From Eledone cirrhosa (lineage: Eukaryota), in NCBI GenBank assembly GCA_964016885.1, contig OZ024743.1:144708001-144772000 (forward strand): a stretch of DNA of 64,000 nt. The letters run 5' to 3'. The translations under genes and the position numbers were made by a program. Under the pieces are notes generated by a model, which searched no databases, had not been told where the DNA came from, and saw only the letters and a program-made list of their open reading frames with translations. Every line of letters begins with the position of its first letter. Position 1 is the stretch's first letter. This document shows positions 12,460 to 24,258 of this stretch, piece by piece.

Positions 12460-12758
12460 CCTGTGTCAGTGTTGAACAAAAAGGTGACGTGGTTGCCTTA
12501 ACACCGTATGGCATAAATTCAGGCTGTTCAGTTTGTTTACAAACGAACAAAGCGACGTTAGCGCCGCTAAACTGATACGTGCATATATGTATGTGTACCT
12601 GTATGCATATGTATATATATATGTATATATATATATATATATGTGCATGCTACTGTACGTCTGTATACATATATGTATGTACGTATACATGCATACTTAC
12701 ATTTAAGTAAGTGCCATACTAAGAGTGAGAAATGAAATTTCGTTTTCATTTTGTTTCA

Positions 12759-12838
<80 letters not shown>

Positions 12839-12911
12839 GTTATTCCGGGTTGAATCGGAGGTAACCACAGTAAGTAAGGTACTCAATACATAGCAGAGTA
12901 TAAAAGTTTTA

Positions 12912-12993
12912 ATATAGATGAGATTCTACAGGACTAGAACTGTTTCATTCTTTAGAATGAAACAGTTCTAGTCCTGTAGAATCTCATCTATAT
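12912..12993. repeat. Perfect ~40-bp-arm hairpin
   Basis: ATATAGATGAGATTCTACAGGACTAGAACTGTTTCATTCT-TT-AGAATGAAACAGTTCTAGTCCTGTAGAATCTCATCTATAT. Confidence 0.95.
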
Positions 12994-13017
12994 ATATATA
13001 CATATATATATATATAT

Positions 13018-16000
13018 GTCCGGGTATGACATTAAACTACATCCAGTGGCAAGGCTCCAGTTCGGGAGTTCAGGAGATGTGGGGAATGTGGAGTTACCCC
13101 TTAGTTGTCATGACTCCCAGGTCTGCCCTGGCCCGGGGTGGTAGTACCTGTTAGGGCTCCATTTATGGGTTAAATAACTACCTTATTCGAGTGGCGCCGG
13201 TAAGGTATTGTCAGCCATTGAAAAGAAATATGGAGAGTCGATCTAACAGCACTAGGGTTAGAGCCCCTAATTACACTGTCAAGGAGCAGCCTGGTCGTTA
13301 TGACTCTGCTGGTTTAGAGCCACAGAGAGGGCCAGTGGATGATGGATCAGCTGTCTCTGAGACAGATATAAAGAATGCAGTTTTGTCCTGCAGAAGAGCC
13401 ATCAAAATGGGCACTTTGAATGTGAGGACTATTCGAACGCTGGAGAAGAGAGAGGAGTTGGGACATCTGTTCGAGGAGAGTGGTATACAGATACTTGCGA
13501 TCCAAGAACACAGGATTCTACACGATGAGCCCGTGAGGAGTGTGATGATCGGGAGGAAGAGCCAGCTCATCACTACATCGGCAGTGAAGAACACAACAAA
13601 TGCTGCAGTAGGAGGAGTGGGTTTTGTGTTCAGTGCAAAAACCAATCTGTTGGTGAGGGAAATAATGCCTATCTCCCCGCGAGTGTTGAGGGTGACCTTC
13701 AATGGAAACCCAAGACTGACAGTCATCTCAGCCTATAGTCCAACCGAGGGGGACAGTGATGTGAATGCCGAGGAGTTCCATGAGGAGGTGTGTAGAGCTG
13801 TCAACACCACTCAGGCACACAATATCCTGCTTGTTTTGGGGGACTTCAATGCACATCTGAGTAAGGAGGGCAGTGAAGATCCTTGCTGGTACTTCCATAA
13901 CAACACCAACCGAAATGGAAGACTACTGAGAGACACCCTGCTGGAGGCGAACTTGATGGCGACCAACCTAAGGTTTAGGAAGAATCTGGGGAAGATGTGG
14001 ACCTACATCTTAGATATGCACCTGTCCAAGTCCCAGATTGATTTCATTCTGGTGAGGAAAAAGTGGCGGAATAGTGTTCTGAACACGGAACCATACAGCT
14101 ATTTCAGTACACTGGGTAGTGACCACCGGCTTGTTATGAGTGAGGTCCGCGTGAGCTTAAGAAAGAGCAAGGCTCAGCCCCGGAGAACAATCTATGACTA
14201 GGGAGCTTTCAAGGAAGATGATAAGCTACAGGAGAGGTTCACAGTGGAAGTGAGAAACAGGTTTAGTGCTCTGTGTGGAGAGTCAGAGGAGAGAGAGATT
14301 GAATGGACTGAGGAGAGTGTGACGGGGAGGTACGGGCACTTCACCAATGCAGTGGCGAAAGCAAGTGAAACCCTGGTGCCGAGGAAAAAGAACAAAGGGA
14401 AGCACGTCAGCTCTGCAAACCCAAAAGTGTGTGCAGCCAGAGAACACCTGAAAGCTGCCAGGGACCAATTCTATGCTGATCCTACGGAGGAGAGGATGGA
14501 GACTGTGGAGGTGATGAGGGAAGAGCTCTGTACCGCTTACACTGAGGTCAGAGAGGAGGCACTGATAGAGAAGATCAGAAGTGTGGAGAGAGCGGTTGAC
14601 AGATCTGGATGTAAGGAGAGCTGGATGATCATCAACGAGATCACAGGGAGGAAGAAAAGGTGTTCGAGTAAGATCCAGGGAACGGGGCCCGAGGATAGGA
14701 AGAGGAAATGGCTAGACCATTTTAGGACCCTACTAGGAGAGCCACCCTCCACAGCCCAGAGCACTGGGGAGATCAGGCGGCTGTTTGAGGAACTGGATGT
14801 TGAGACAGAGCCCTTCACCAGAGAGGAGCTTCAGAGAGCCAAGAAGAAGATCAAGGAGGGCAAGGCTCATGGATAAGATGGAGTGGCATCAGAGGTGATG
14901 AAGAGGTGTGATTTTGATGATATCATCCTGGGGTTCTGTAACGGGGCACTGGAGAAAGGAGTTGCCCCGAATCAGTGGAGGATCAGTAACATCGTCCCAG
15001 TGCCAAAGAAGGGAGATCTCTCTAACACCAACAACTACCGGGGGATCTCACTGACGTTACTTGTGGCAAAGACCCTCAACAGGATGATTCTTAACAGGAT
15101 CCAGCCTGAGATGGAGAAGAAGCTCAGGGACAACCAGAACGGCTTCAGAGAGGGCAGATCAACCACCAGTCACATCCTGATGCTGAGGAGGATATTAGAG
15201 GGAGCTAGAGCAAAGTGCCTTCCTGCGGTCATGGTTTTCATTGACTTTAGGAAGGCCTTTGATTCTGTGGACCGTTACTGCCTGATGAAGATCTTGCAGG
15301 CTTATGGAATCCCCAAGAGGATAGTGGACCTGATATCACTGCTCTACACCAACACCAAAGCCCAAGTCATTACACCTGATGGGATGACAGAGTTCTTTGA
15401 GATACTGGCTGGAGTGCTCCATGGAGATACATTGGCTCCCTACCTTTTTATCATCGTAGTGGACTATTGTATGCGCCTTGCACTGGAGAAACACCAGGAC
15501 TCTGGCTTTACTGTAGCACCGGCTCAGAGCAGGAGAGTTGGGGCGAAAAAGGTATCGGATGCTGAATTTGCCGACGACATAGTTTTGGTGACAAATACAG
15601 TGAAGGAGGCAGAGGATTTGATGCGGGAGGTTGAGACTGTGTCGATGAGTGTGGGGCTGAGAATGAATGAGACTAAAACAAAATATCTGGTAGAGAATGT
15701 TGAGAAGCCAGAGGGGATCATTAATGTAGGCGGGAAGCCGCTGGAATTGGTTGAGGACTTCCTGTATTTGGGAGCAAAGATTGGGAATACGGAAGATGAT
15801 GTGGTTGAGAGGAAGAGCAAGGCCTGGGCGGCGTGTCACAGCTTGAGATCGGTGTGGAAGTCGGACCTTCGTAGAGACCTGAAAATCCGCCTCTTCATTG
15901 CTGTAGTGGAGTCTGTGCTGCTGTATGGGTCTGAGACTTGGACACTGACCAAGGGACTCACTCAGATGGTGGATGGGTGCTACACGAGAATGCTGAGGAT

Positions 16001-16323
16001 GGCTCTGAACATTAATCAGTATACACTGAGGATGAAAAACTCAGAGCTGTATGGGAGCATCCCAAAAGTCAGCTCAAAAGTGACACAGGGGAGACTGAGG
16101 TTGGCTGGACATGCTCACCGACATCCAGAGTTGACATTGCACTCAGTCCTCCTTTGGGAGCCCCTACATGGACACACTAGAAGAGGAAGACCAAGATTAA
16201 CATATGTTGATGCCCTAAGGACAGACACTGGTCTGTTGGAGATGCAGGATATGGCAGCGATAATGAGGGACAGAGACCGCTGGAGAGAACTCGTCCATGG
16301 ATCTCGGGAATTTTACCCGCCTT

Positions 16324-16325
<2 letters not shown>
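13018..16325 (+). mobile_element. Near full-length RTE/RTEX-like LINE; single APE-RT frame 13191-16325 with two in-frame stops (14199, 14874)
   Basis: APE motifs GTLNVRT, AIQE, GGVGF, SAYSPT, GDFNAH, IDFIL, SDH; RT motifs NYRGISL, QNGFR, FIDFRKAFDSV, GVLHGDTLAP, FADD, LLYGSETW; the three ORFs share one frame; flanked by (TA)n on both sides. Confidence 0.93.
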
Positions 16326-16399
<74 letters not shown>

Positions 16400-16550
16400 A
16401 TACTTTGGGAGGGTCATGTTGCCAATAAGAAACACACGCACCAGTTGCTTTCACTTCAATTTAATTTGTTATATATTTATAAATTTACAAATTTATAAAT
16501 TTCTGGTTGGTTGGTTGGTTCCACAACCAGATAGTTGTTTATATATATAT

Positions 16551-16595
16551 AGTCATAGTTCTTTCGTCACACACTCTGTGACCTCTTCAGTGACT
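16551..16595 (-). ncRNA. Minimal type I hammerhead-like motif
   Basis: Mirror of 16700-16744. Confidence 0.7.
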
Positions 16596-16699
16596 GGGGA
16601 TTTCTTTCTTCGTTTCTGTGCCTTTCCTTTCTTCTATCCTAAACAAAATGGCGTAGGATAGAAGAAAGGAAAGGCACAGAAACGAAGAAAGAAATCCCC

Positions 16700-16744
16700 A
16701 GTCACTGAAGAGGTCACAGAGTGTGTGACGAAAGAACTATGACT
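16700..16744 (+). ncRNA. Minimal type I hammerhead-like motif
   Basis: AGUCA-CUGAAGA-G-GUCACA gagug UGUGAC-GAAA-GAAC-UA-UGACU; stem III is one base short of the palindrome AGAUCU. Confidence 0.7.
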
Positions 16745-16957
16745 ATATATATATAAACAACTATCTGGTTGTGGAACCAACCAACCAACCAGAAATTTAT
16801 AAATTTGTAAATTTATAAATATATAACAAATTAAATTGAAGTGAAAGCAACTGGTGCGTGTGTTTCTTATTGGCAACATGACCCTCCCAAAGTATAACAA
16901 TATCGGTTTCAACACACGATTTCAGATAAAGAATCTTGCTAAACAAATTCAGAAACG

Positions 16958-16960
<3 letters not shown>

Positions 16961-17014
<54 letters not shown>

Positions 17015-17015
17015 C

Positions 17016-17100
<85 letters not shown>

Positions 17101-17108
17101 CACACACA

Positions 17109-17163
<55 letters not shown>

Positions 17164-17174
17164 GTATATATATG

Positions 17175-17256
<82 letters not shown>

Positions 17257-17286
17257 CATATATATATATATATGTATATATATATG

Positions 17287-17361
<75 letters not shown>

Positions 17362-17378
17362 GCGTGTGTGTGTGTGTG
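16961..17378. repeat. Compound (TA)n/(CA)/(TG)n microsatellite, ~420 bp
   Basis: Direct. Confidence 0.98.
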
Positions 17379-18019
17379 TTATAAAGATCCTTTTTATATA
17401 AATACCAGGTGCGCTTTTCGAACCATTTTTTTAAATTATCATTTTGCTTATATGACCTGTATAGAACGTTCTCTAACGACCACGCGTTATATATTTGTGT
17501 GCATAAGATATATATTAGAATTGGTGCTCTGAAATAGCGATATATATATATTAATGTATATATAGTGTATTTTGCAATACACTGTATGCTTAATTAAAAG
17601 CATTTTGAAGACCTTACGCTATTGTTTTAAAGTAGTGACAATGTCACTTATTTAAATTTTCAGCAAATAGGGGAGATAAACTGACAGAGCTCTGTTTCGT
17701 ACTTTTTGGTACTTATCAGAGTTCACTACTCCTCCTGTTTGCTGAAAATTATGTGTTGGATTCTTATAGAATTCCAGTAATAATCAGGAACTGATTATAC
17801 AGAGCGGTTGCCGGTCCAGCAGAAATTGAAAATTAGAATTGGTGCTCTGATATAGTCAGTTTATCTCCCCCTGTTTGCTTTCCACACTGCTACGTGTTGG
17901 ACAGGTTGTTACAGTCTGAGACAGATATATCGGAGCGACCTCTTCTTGTTCATACATTACAAATTTGGTATGGTTTCTATGGTTGGATGCCCTTCCTAAC
18001 ATAACCCTTTAGCGTGTTT

Positions 18020-18695
18020 AAAGGAGACAAGACAGATTTTTCCAATTACAGAGGGATCTCCTTGTTAAACCTACCTGGTAAAGTACATGCTAAGTGTCTG
18101 GCAAAGAGATTGTCGAGTCCAAGCTAACTGATGAACAGTGTGGTTTTCGTCCCGAACGCAGCACAGCCGACCAAATATTCACACTGCGACAGATCTTTGT
18201 GAAATCGTGGGAATATTGCCAAGAGGTATATGCTTTTTGTAGACCTCGAAAAGACATGACCGCATTCTTCGGAGACTGCTGTAGAAGGTTGTGTAGGAGT
18301 ATGGGATCGATGGTCAGTTTCTTGCTGCCCTGATGTCTCTATACAAATGCCCGAGTATTTGTGCTTGGATAAATGGTGCTAAATCGAAACCATCCAATGT
18401 GGGAATCAAACTTCGCCAAGAGTGCGTACTGTCACCTCTCCTGTTCATTGTTTACATGAACAGGATTGACATGTGCAGGCGGTTGGGAGTGGTAACACGG
18501 CTGGTGGGCGTAAAATCGGTCGGTCGGAATTTGCAGACGACATGGTGTTACTTAACTCGAATTGCACTTGATAAGCTCGATGCAGAGAGCTGCTTGGCTG
18601 AAATGAAAATCAGTGCTGCGGAAACTGAGACAGTTGTCATCTCAAGGAAGTCTGTACAGTGCACTCTACATGTGAATGGAGTTCCATTGATGTAG
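18020..18695 (+). pseudogene. Degenerate RTE LINE RT fragment
   Basis: KGD..NYRGISLL, EQCGFRPERSTADQIFTLRQI, LRQECVLSPLLFIVYM. Confidence 0.8.
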
Positions 18696-19333
18696 ATGGA
18701 AAAGTTGTTGCCCAGCCAAAAACATTTGTAGCACTGATTTTGCCTGCAAGGAGTCTGGCTGACTTTCCTCTCCATCTAGTCTTTTGTATACAGCATACAT
18801 TCGCTCAAGCATCTCTACAATCTTTCCTGATCTTCATTTCATTGTGCTCACATTGATGGTGCCAGATCGGACTTTTACCATAAGAGGTAGAGAAGGAAGA
18901 TGAAGGTGGATATTTGCAGAGGTATGAAGGGTGGATTGTTTGTTTTCTGTGTCTGAAATAAAGAAAATTTGCATGGTTGCCTGGGAATGAGTGGATTCAT
19001 ACTCATATCTAGGGTTGCTCCATCATTGCCTTCAAGCAAAATAAGAATGATAGTAGCAGTAGTTATTGCTATGAATTAGGAGTCAATATACATTTGTATT
19101 GCCATGGTTTGATTGGTCTATTAAGGGGTTGGTGGGAGGGAAATGGGGAGATAGACGTTAATTCAGTTACCTTACTCTTATACAACAAAAAGCTGATAAA
19201 GAAAGGATAGAAACAGCGGGAGGGGGGGTAGATAGATATTATTAGACAGAGACTTGAAATAGAATAAAGTGAAGTTAAAATGTCCAAGTGAGACGCGAAA
19301 CCACATGGCGATAGAGAGAGAGTTGAGGTTAGA

Positions 19334-19368
<35 letters not shown>

Positions 19369-19916
19369 CAGGGTGGTCGCTGGAAAAGCGGAAAATTTGA
19401 AGGTCAGATTAGATCATCAATAAAATCCGTGATTGAAGAAAAAGACAGTAAACCAACAAGTTTATTATGAGATGTGTCCACAGATGTTTCGTGATATAAG
19501 AAGTGTCATGGACGACAAAACGTGGCAGCAGGACGGTGCCAAGGCTAACACAGCAAGGGCTACAATTCAATTTCTTCAGCAATCTATTCCTGATTTCATT
19601 GCACCTGAAGATTGGCACTCAAAAAGTCCCGGCTTAAATGTCATGGATTACTGTTTGGAGCTTGTTATTAACAGAGACTCAGAAATATTGACGTGACATA
19701 GACGTCATTGATGATTTGAAAACGTGCTTGGCAAGAGCTTGGAATGATATCCCACAAGTTACCCTTCAAAACGCCACCCTAGCTTGGATTTCCAGGTTAA
19801 GACGCTGTCATGAAGTGCATGGACGACATTTTGAATATCTGTGAGTGCTTTGTAATATCAGTCTTTATAAAAATAAATCGCAGTTTGACAAATTTTCCGC
19901 TTTTCTAGCGACCATC

Positions 19917-19919
<3 letters not shown>
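19369..19919 (+). mobile_element. Internally deleted Tc1/mariner (maT/DD37D-like) transposon
   Basis: ~31-bp TIRs CAGGGTGGTCGCTGGAAAAGCGGAAAATTTG / CAAATTTTCCGCTTTTCTAGCGACCATCCTG, TA flanks; remnant VNQQVY...WQQDGA...FIAPEDWHSKSPGLNVMDY. Confidence 0.88.
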
Positions 19920-19947
<28 letters not shown>

Positions 19948-19953
<6 letters not shown>

Positions 19954-20737
19954 GTTAGTCCTTCATCAGTGATCTTCCAACCATCATTGGTATTTCATCG
20001 CTTTAAAGACCATATACTTCCGGTTGGTGCGAGCAACGGCTAAAAGAAGTCGTTGGGACACGTAAATAAAGGGGACACGAGAGTGTAAACAAACAAAGAT
20101 GGTGAAGCAACGAAAAGTGAGGAAGAAAGAGTCAAGTCCCAAATTTCTATGAATATAAGTTCGGTGAAATCGTGAACGAGAGAGAATAAAGACCATCAAA
20201 CCTGGTTGGAATGTGAGCAAGGAAGGAATTCTGTACAGGTCTAACGGGAGGAAGAAGGAATCTAGTCTGTGAATTCGGTGAACATAAGTTCTGTGAAATC
20301 GTAGACGAGAGAGAGAAAAAAAGCGAACCAGCCTGACCAAGAGTGCGAAAGAAAAGAATTACGCACAGGTCAAACGGGAAGAAGGAGGAGGAGGAGAGGT
20401 AGTAACAGAGAGTGAGTGAGTGAAGGGTGAGGAAGAGGTTAACAGAGAGAGTGACTGTTAGAGAGGGTAAAGATACAGAGAAAGAGGAAGCAGTAAGAAC
20501 GAAATAGACGGGTCACAGCGGGGAAAAAAATATGTGTAAATATGAGAATAAACGTGCTGCGTGGTTGCTAATGGGTTACATATGAATAAAGTTAGTCCTT
20601 CATCAGTGATCTTCCAACCATCATTGGTATTTCATCGCTTTAAAGACCATATACCTCCGGTTGGTGCGAGCAACGGCTAAAAAAAGTCGTTGGGACACGT
20701 AAATAAAGGGGACACGAGAGTGTAAACAAACAAAGAT

Positions 20738-20740
<3 letters not shown>
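19948..20740. repeat. Non-coding element with ~156-bp direct terminal repeats (19948-20103, 20585-20740)
   Basis: Near-identical direct repeats; internal ~120-bp subrepeats; (TA)n flanks. Confidence 0.85.
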
Positions 20741-20783
<43 letters not shown>

Positions 20784-21289
20784 CCGTATTTGTCGACTTA
20801 TAAGACGCACTTCAATTTGGGCAGATATTCTAAAATAAATAAATAAATGGGTTTAAACAACAAATAACAGGTGAAAGAGATAACATTTGTACATTGTATT
20901 TTTTATTATCATTCTACAGTGTAATTCTACTTGTAATATTTTAGTACATTTTTAAAACAAGTGTGAAAATAAAATAAGTTTATTCCCTGCAGCGTAATTT
21001 GTGTTCAAATATTTTAGTAAATTTTTAAAACAAAAAAAACGTGAAAATAAATGTTATTCATCATAAAATTTAATAAAATTGTAGCTTTTTAAAAGAAAAA
21101 AGTTGTCATTGTTAGTGTAGGAGCGATCACCACCTTGTTTACATTTGCGGTTTAATTTAAGGGTCACTGAAACACTAGAATTCCATTAGCCAGTAACCCA
21201 AACTGACCCTTGATCTTATAAGACGTAGAGTGATTTTCTGGGACATTCTTTGAAAAAAAAAAGTGCGTCTTATAAGCTGTCAAATACGG
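20784..21289. mobile_element. pogo/Tigger-like MITE
   Basis: TIRs CCGTATTTGTCGACTTATAAGACGCAC / GTGCGTCTTATAAGCTGTCAAATACGG, TA flanks. Confidence 0.85.
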
Positions 21290-21433
21290 TATATCATCAT
21301 CATTTAACGGCCATTTTCCCACACTTGCATGGGTTAGACAGGTCTTCCACGCCTGGAGGCAAGTCTGGCCAGAGTTGGCCATGTCGCACCTTGCTCCGGC
21401 TGTAAATTTGGCCGGGTATTTTACAGCTGTACT

Positions 21434-22030
21434 CCAGTTTCGGAGCCGGGCACTTTCCACGCGACGGACAGTTCTCAATACGAAACTGAATTCTGGGAAC
21501 CTGGGACTAAATGGCATTCCTATGAGGGACAGGCCAGTTGGCCACGCTGAACCCTTCATGCAGTGGACCCTATGTTCAGGTATTGGATGCCGTGTGACTC
21601 CACTACGAGGAGGGACTGGCTAGATGGCCGCGCCATCAGTGGCATCCCATTTTCGAAGCTGGGCACTATCCACGCAACGAACCCTTCTCAATACTAAACC
21701 ACACGTGACTCAACTACGAGGAAGGACAGGCCAATTGGCCGCACGGAACACGTCTCACAGTGGCACCCCAGTTTCGGAGCTGGGGACTCTCTACTCAACG
21801 AACCCTTCTCAATACAAAACCATGTGTGACTCCACTATGAGGAGGGACAGGCCAGTTGGCGGCGCCGAACCCATCTCACAGTGGAACCACAGTTTTGGAG
21901 CCCAGCACTGAGTGACACCACTATGAGGAGGAACAGGATAGTTGACTGAGCCGAACCCCTCTCACAAATGGCACACCAGTTTTGGAGATGAGTAAGCTAC
22001 ACGCAACGAACCCTTCTCAATACAAAACCA
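21434..22030. repeat. GC-rich degenerate minisatellite (~90-120-bp units)
   Basis: Recurring CCAGTTTCGGAGC..., GACTCCACTAYGAGGAGGGACAGGCCAGTTGGC and ACGAACCCTTCTCAATAC. Confidence 0.75.
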
Positions 22031-22077
22031 CTGAAAACAGTGGTTTCACATTAAGGTCATTATTGACTATACACATA

Positions 22078-22270
22078 GGGCGGTGGATTGGCAGTATCGG
22101 TGGAGGGTCGGACGCCATGCTTTCCAGCATAGTTACGTCCCTTTACGATCTGAGTTCAAATCCCGCCGAGGTTGACTTTGCCTTTCATCCTTACGGGGTC
22201 GATAAAATAAAGTACCAGTAATGCACTGGATAATTGCTGGCCTTGTGCCTAAAGTAGAAACAATTATTGA
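22078..22270 (+). mobile_element. tRNA-derived MetaSINE-like SINE (near complete)
   Basis: GGCGGTGGATTGGCAG head, GTTCAAATCC B-box, Meta-like core, A/T-rich tail. Confidence 0.75.
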
Positions 22271-22569
22271 CTATACACACTTTGGACTATTTCACAGATC
22301 GGTGGCTCAGGATCTATATTAATGCTATAGACCAGACTCCAGTCCAATCTGCTCATCAGACTTATATACACAATGTATACACTCAGTAAACCACAAATCT
22401 ACTGAACCACCACCTATTATTATTATTATTTATGGTCTGAGTTCAAATCCCGCCGAGGTTAACTTTGCCTTTCATCCTTACGGGGTCGATAAAATAAAGC
22501 ACCAGTAATACACTGGGATAATTGCTGGTCTTGTGCGAAAAGTATAAACAATTATTATTATTATTATAT

Positions 22570-23002
22570 ATATGCAGTGAGACTTGGGCAGCAACTGCGG
22601 AGGATATACGACGGCAGGAAAGAAATGAAGTAAGCATGCTCCGATGGATGTGCAATATCAATATGTGTAAACGAACAAGCATAGATGAGTTGAGAGAGAA
22701 ACTGTGTATAAGAGGGATAAGCTGTAGTGTGCGGGAGAGAAGACTGCATTGGTATGGAGATGTCATGCGCATGGAGGATGACCGCTGGGTGAAGAAGTGC
22801 CAAGAAATCCCAGTGGAAGGAAGACGCAGTAGAGGAATACCACGAAAATCATGGGGTGGTGAGAACTGACCTCAGATCACTGAATATTACAGAGCAAATG
22901 ACGAATGACCGTGACGAATGGAGAGATGCTGTGCTGAAAAGGACCCGTCCCACCCTTGCAAGCAGGGAAAAGCAGATCTAAAATGATGATGATGATGATG
23001 AT
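22570..23002 (+). mobile_element. RTE LINE 3' fragment with (GAT)n tail
   Basis: SETWA...ERNEVSMLRWMC...RRLHWYGDVMRM...GIPRKSW; GATGAT tail at 22983-23002. Confidence 0.85.
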
Positions 23003-23344
23003 ATGTTGTTTTTCACCAGTAATCAAAACTGGTATATATTAATCCCGATGTTACCTCCCTTCCACCATTAACAGGTACTATAAAGTCATCTTTTTCTGAG
23101 ACTATCCATAATATTCTGCAAGACATTTTTTGCCTAACCTGATTGAGACATTTTGTAAATGAGCACCTAATGAAAGGCTGACTACTAGTGATTGTGATTA
23201 TGCAATCTCTAACTTAAGGTTGCACAATAAGTTTCGCGTGTGCGAATCATAATATATTAGCTCTTTATATAGATAGCACCTTTTTCTGCTTGTGGCACAC
23301 ACACATACACACACACACATATATATATATATATATTTTTTTTT

Positions 23345-24258
23345 TTTTTAAATAACAGATTAAATTTTAAGCAAAGAATCGCTGCTTTCATCCTTAACGG
23401 GATATTCTGAAACTAACAAAGTCAATCTGTGAACGCAGAAGTAAATATTTCAAAAAACGTTGCAACCGAAGGAAGACGATACTTTGGTACGTGGAAACGT
23501 TCCCTGGCAAAGAACGGAAAAAACAAAGATAATACGTCATTATGTGGAGCGTGGAGAACAATTACACGCAAAGACAAAACCACGTAAATGGTATAACTGA
23601 AGTCGTAGACTAAAATTCTATTTAGGAAACCGAATGATTCTCGGCCTCAGAGTTAAGAATAAAGTAAATAAAATACAGAGGTAATTGAAATTAAATATAT
23701 ACATAGACGCATCCATATACGTACATACACAAGCATACGCGAAAACACTCGCCATGGGTATGCAAATACAAGCACGTACACAAAAAAGCACACACGCACA
23801 TACAGAACCCACGCAACGCCTGTACTCGCACACATACGAACGTATACACTAAATACACATAAAAATATATACTAAAAAAAGATATATATGTGTGTGTGTG
23901 TCTGCGTGTATACATAATTAAATAAACGTATATAAATATACACACATAAATATGTATATAACACGCGCACACACATACCAACATATAAATACACGTTCGC
24001 AGACGTACGTCAACCGAAACACAAAGTACACATACACACACCCTAAATACGTACGAACCCGCATACACACACAGACGCAAAACTCACGTATACACATAAC
24101 CAAATGCACATGTACCAGTATATATAATATATACGCCATAACATATACAAGCAAATATACGTACGAGAAAGTATACGTACCTTCACAAAACATACAGGTA
24201 ATCTACGGTTCTTATATATCTGATATATATTTATCCTTATCGAGCCCTCATTGGATTT
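23345..24258 (-). mobile_element. Further copy of the PLE pseudo-LTR (2928-3930 family) ending in a short inverted piece (24201-24258)
   Basis: Homologous to 3020-3930; 24201-24258 is the reverse complement of ~2952-3010. Confidence 0.85.

Larger units (their letters stand above)
11390..12763 (+). repeat. 468-bp tandem array (~2.9 apparently identical copies), one hammerhead per unit
   Basis: Units start at 11390, 11858 and 12326; the ORF track repeats at exactly +468. Confidence 0.97.
16393..16902. repeat. ~249-bp-arm fold-back palindrome with 12-nt loop (16642-16653), PLE pLTR-like
   Basis: Arms give identical translations on opposite strands in the ORF track. Confidence 0.97.

Noticed and set aside
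11390-12763. Tandem array read as a CRISPR array or as repeated small ORFs
   Set aside because: Units are identical with no unique spacers, there are no cas genes and the context is eukaryotic; the 60-74 aa ORFs have no recognisable motifs.
16797-17532. Long YI/IY-repeat ORFs (also 1245-1571, 4549-4803, 5766-6179)
   Set aside because: Translations of (TA)n microsatellites, which lack stop codons; not genes.
17661-17879. ~25-bp inverted repeat pair (17661-17685 / 17855-17879)
   Set aside because: Short, with no target-site duplication or ribozyme core; cannot be assigned to an element.
19958-20012. Possible SECIS or C/D-box snoRNA on the minus strand (GAUGA...CUGA with a terminal stem)
   Set aside because: Helix II is too short for a SECIS, there is no selenoprotein ORF or host intron, and box C is imperfect.
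22078-22170. tRNA genes (also 63495-63560)
   Set aside because: A/B-box-like heads run into SINE cores and no cloverleaf can be formed.
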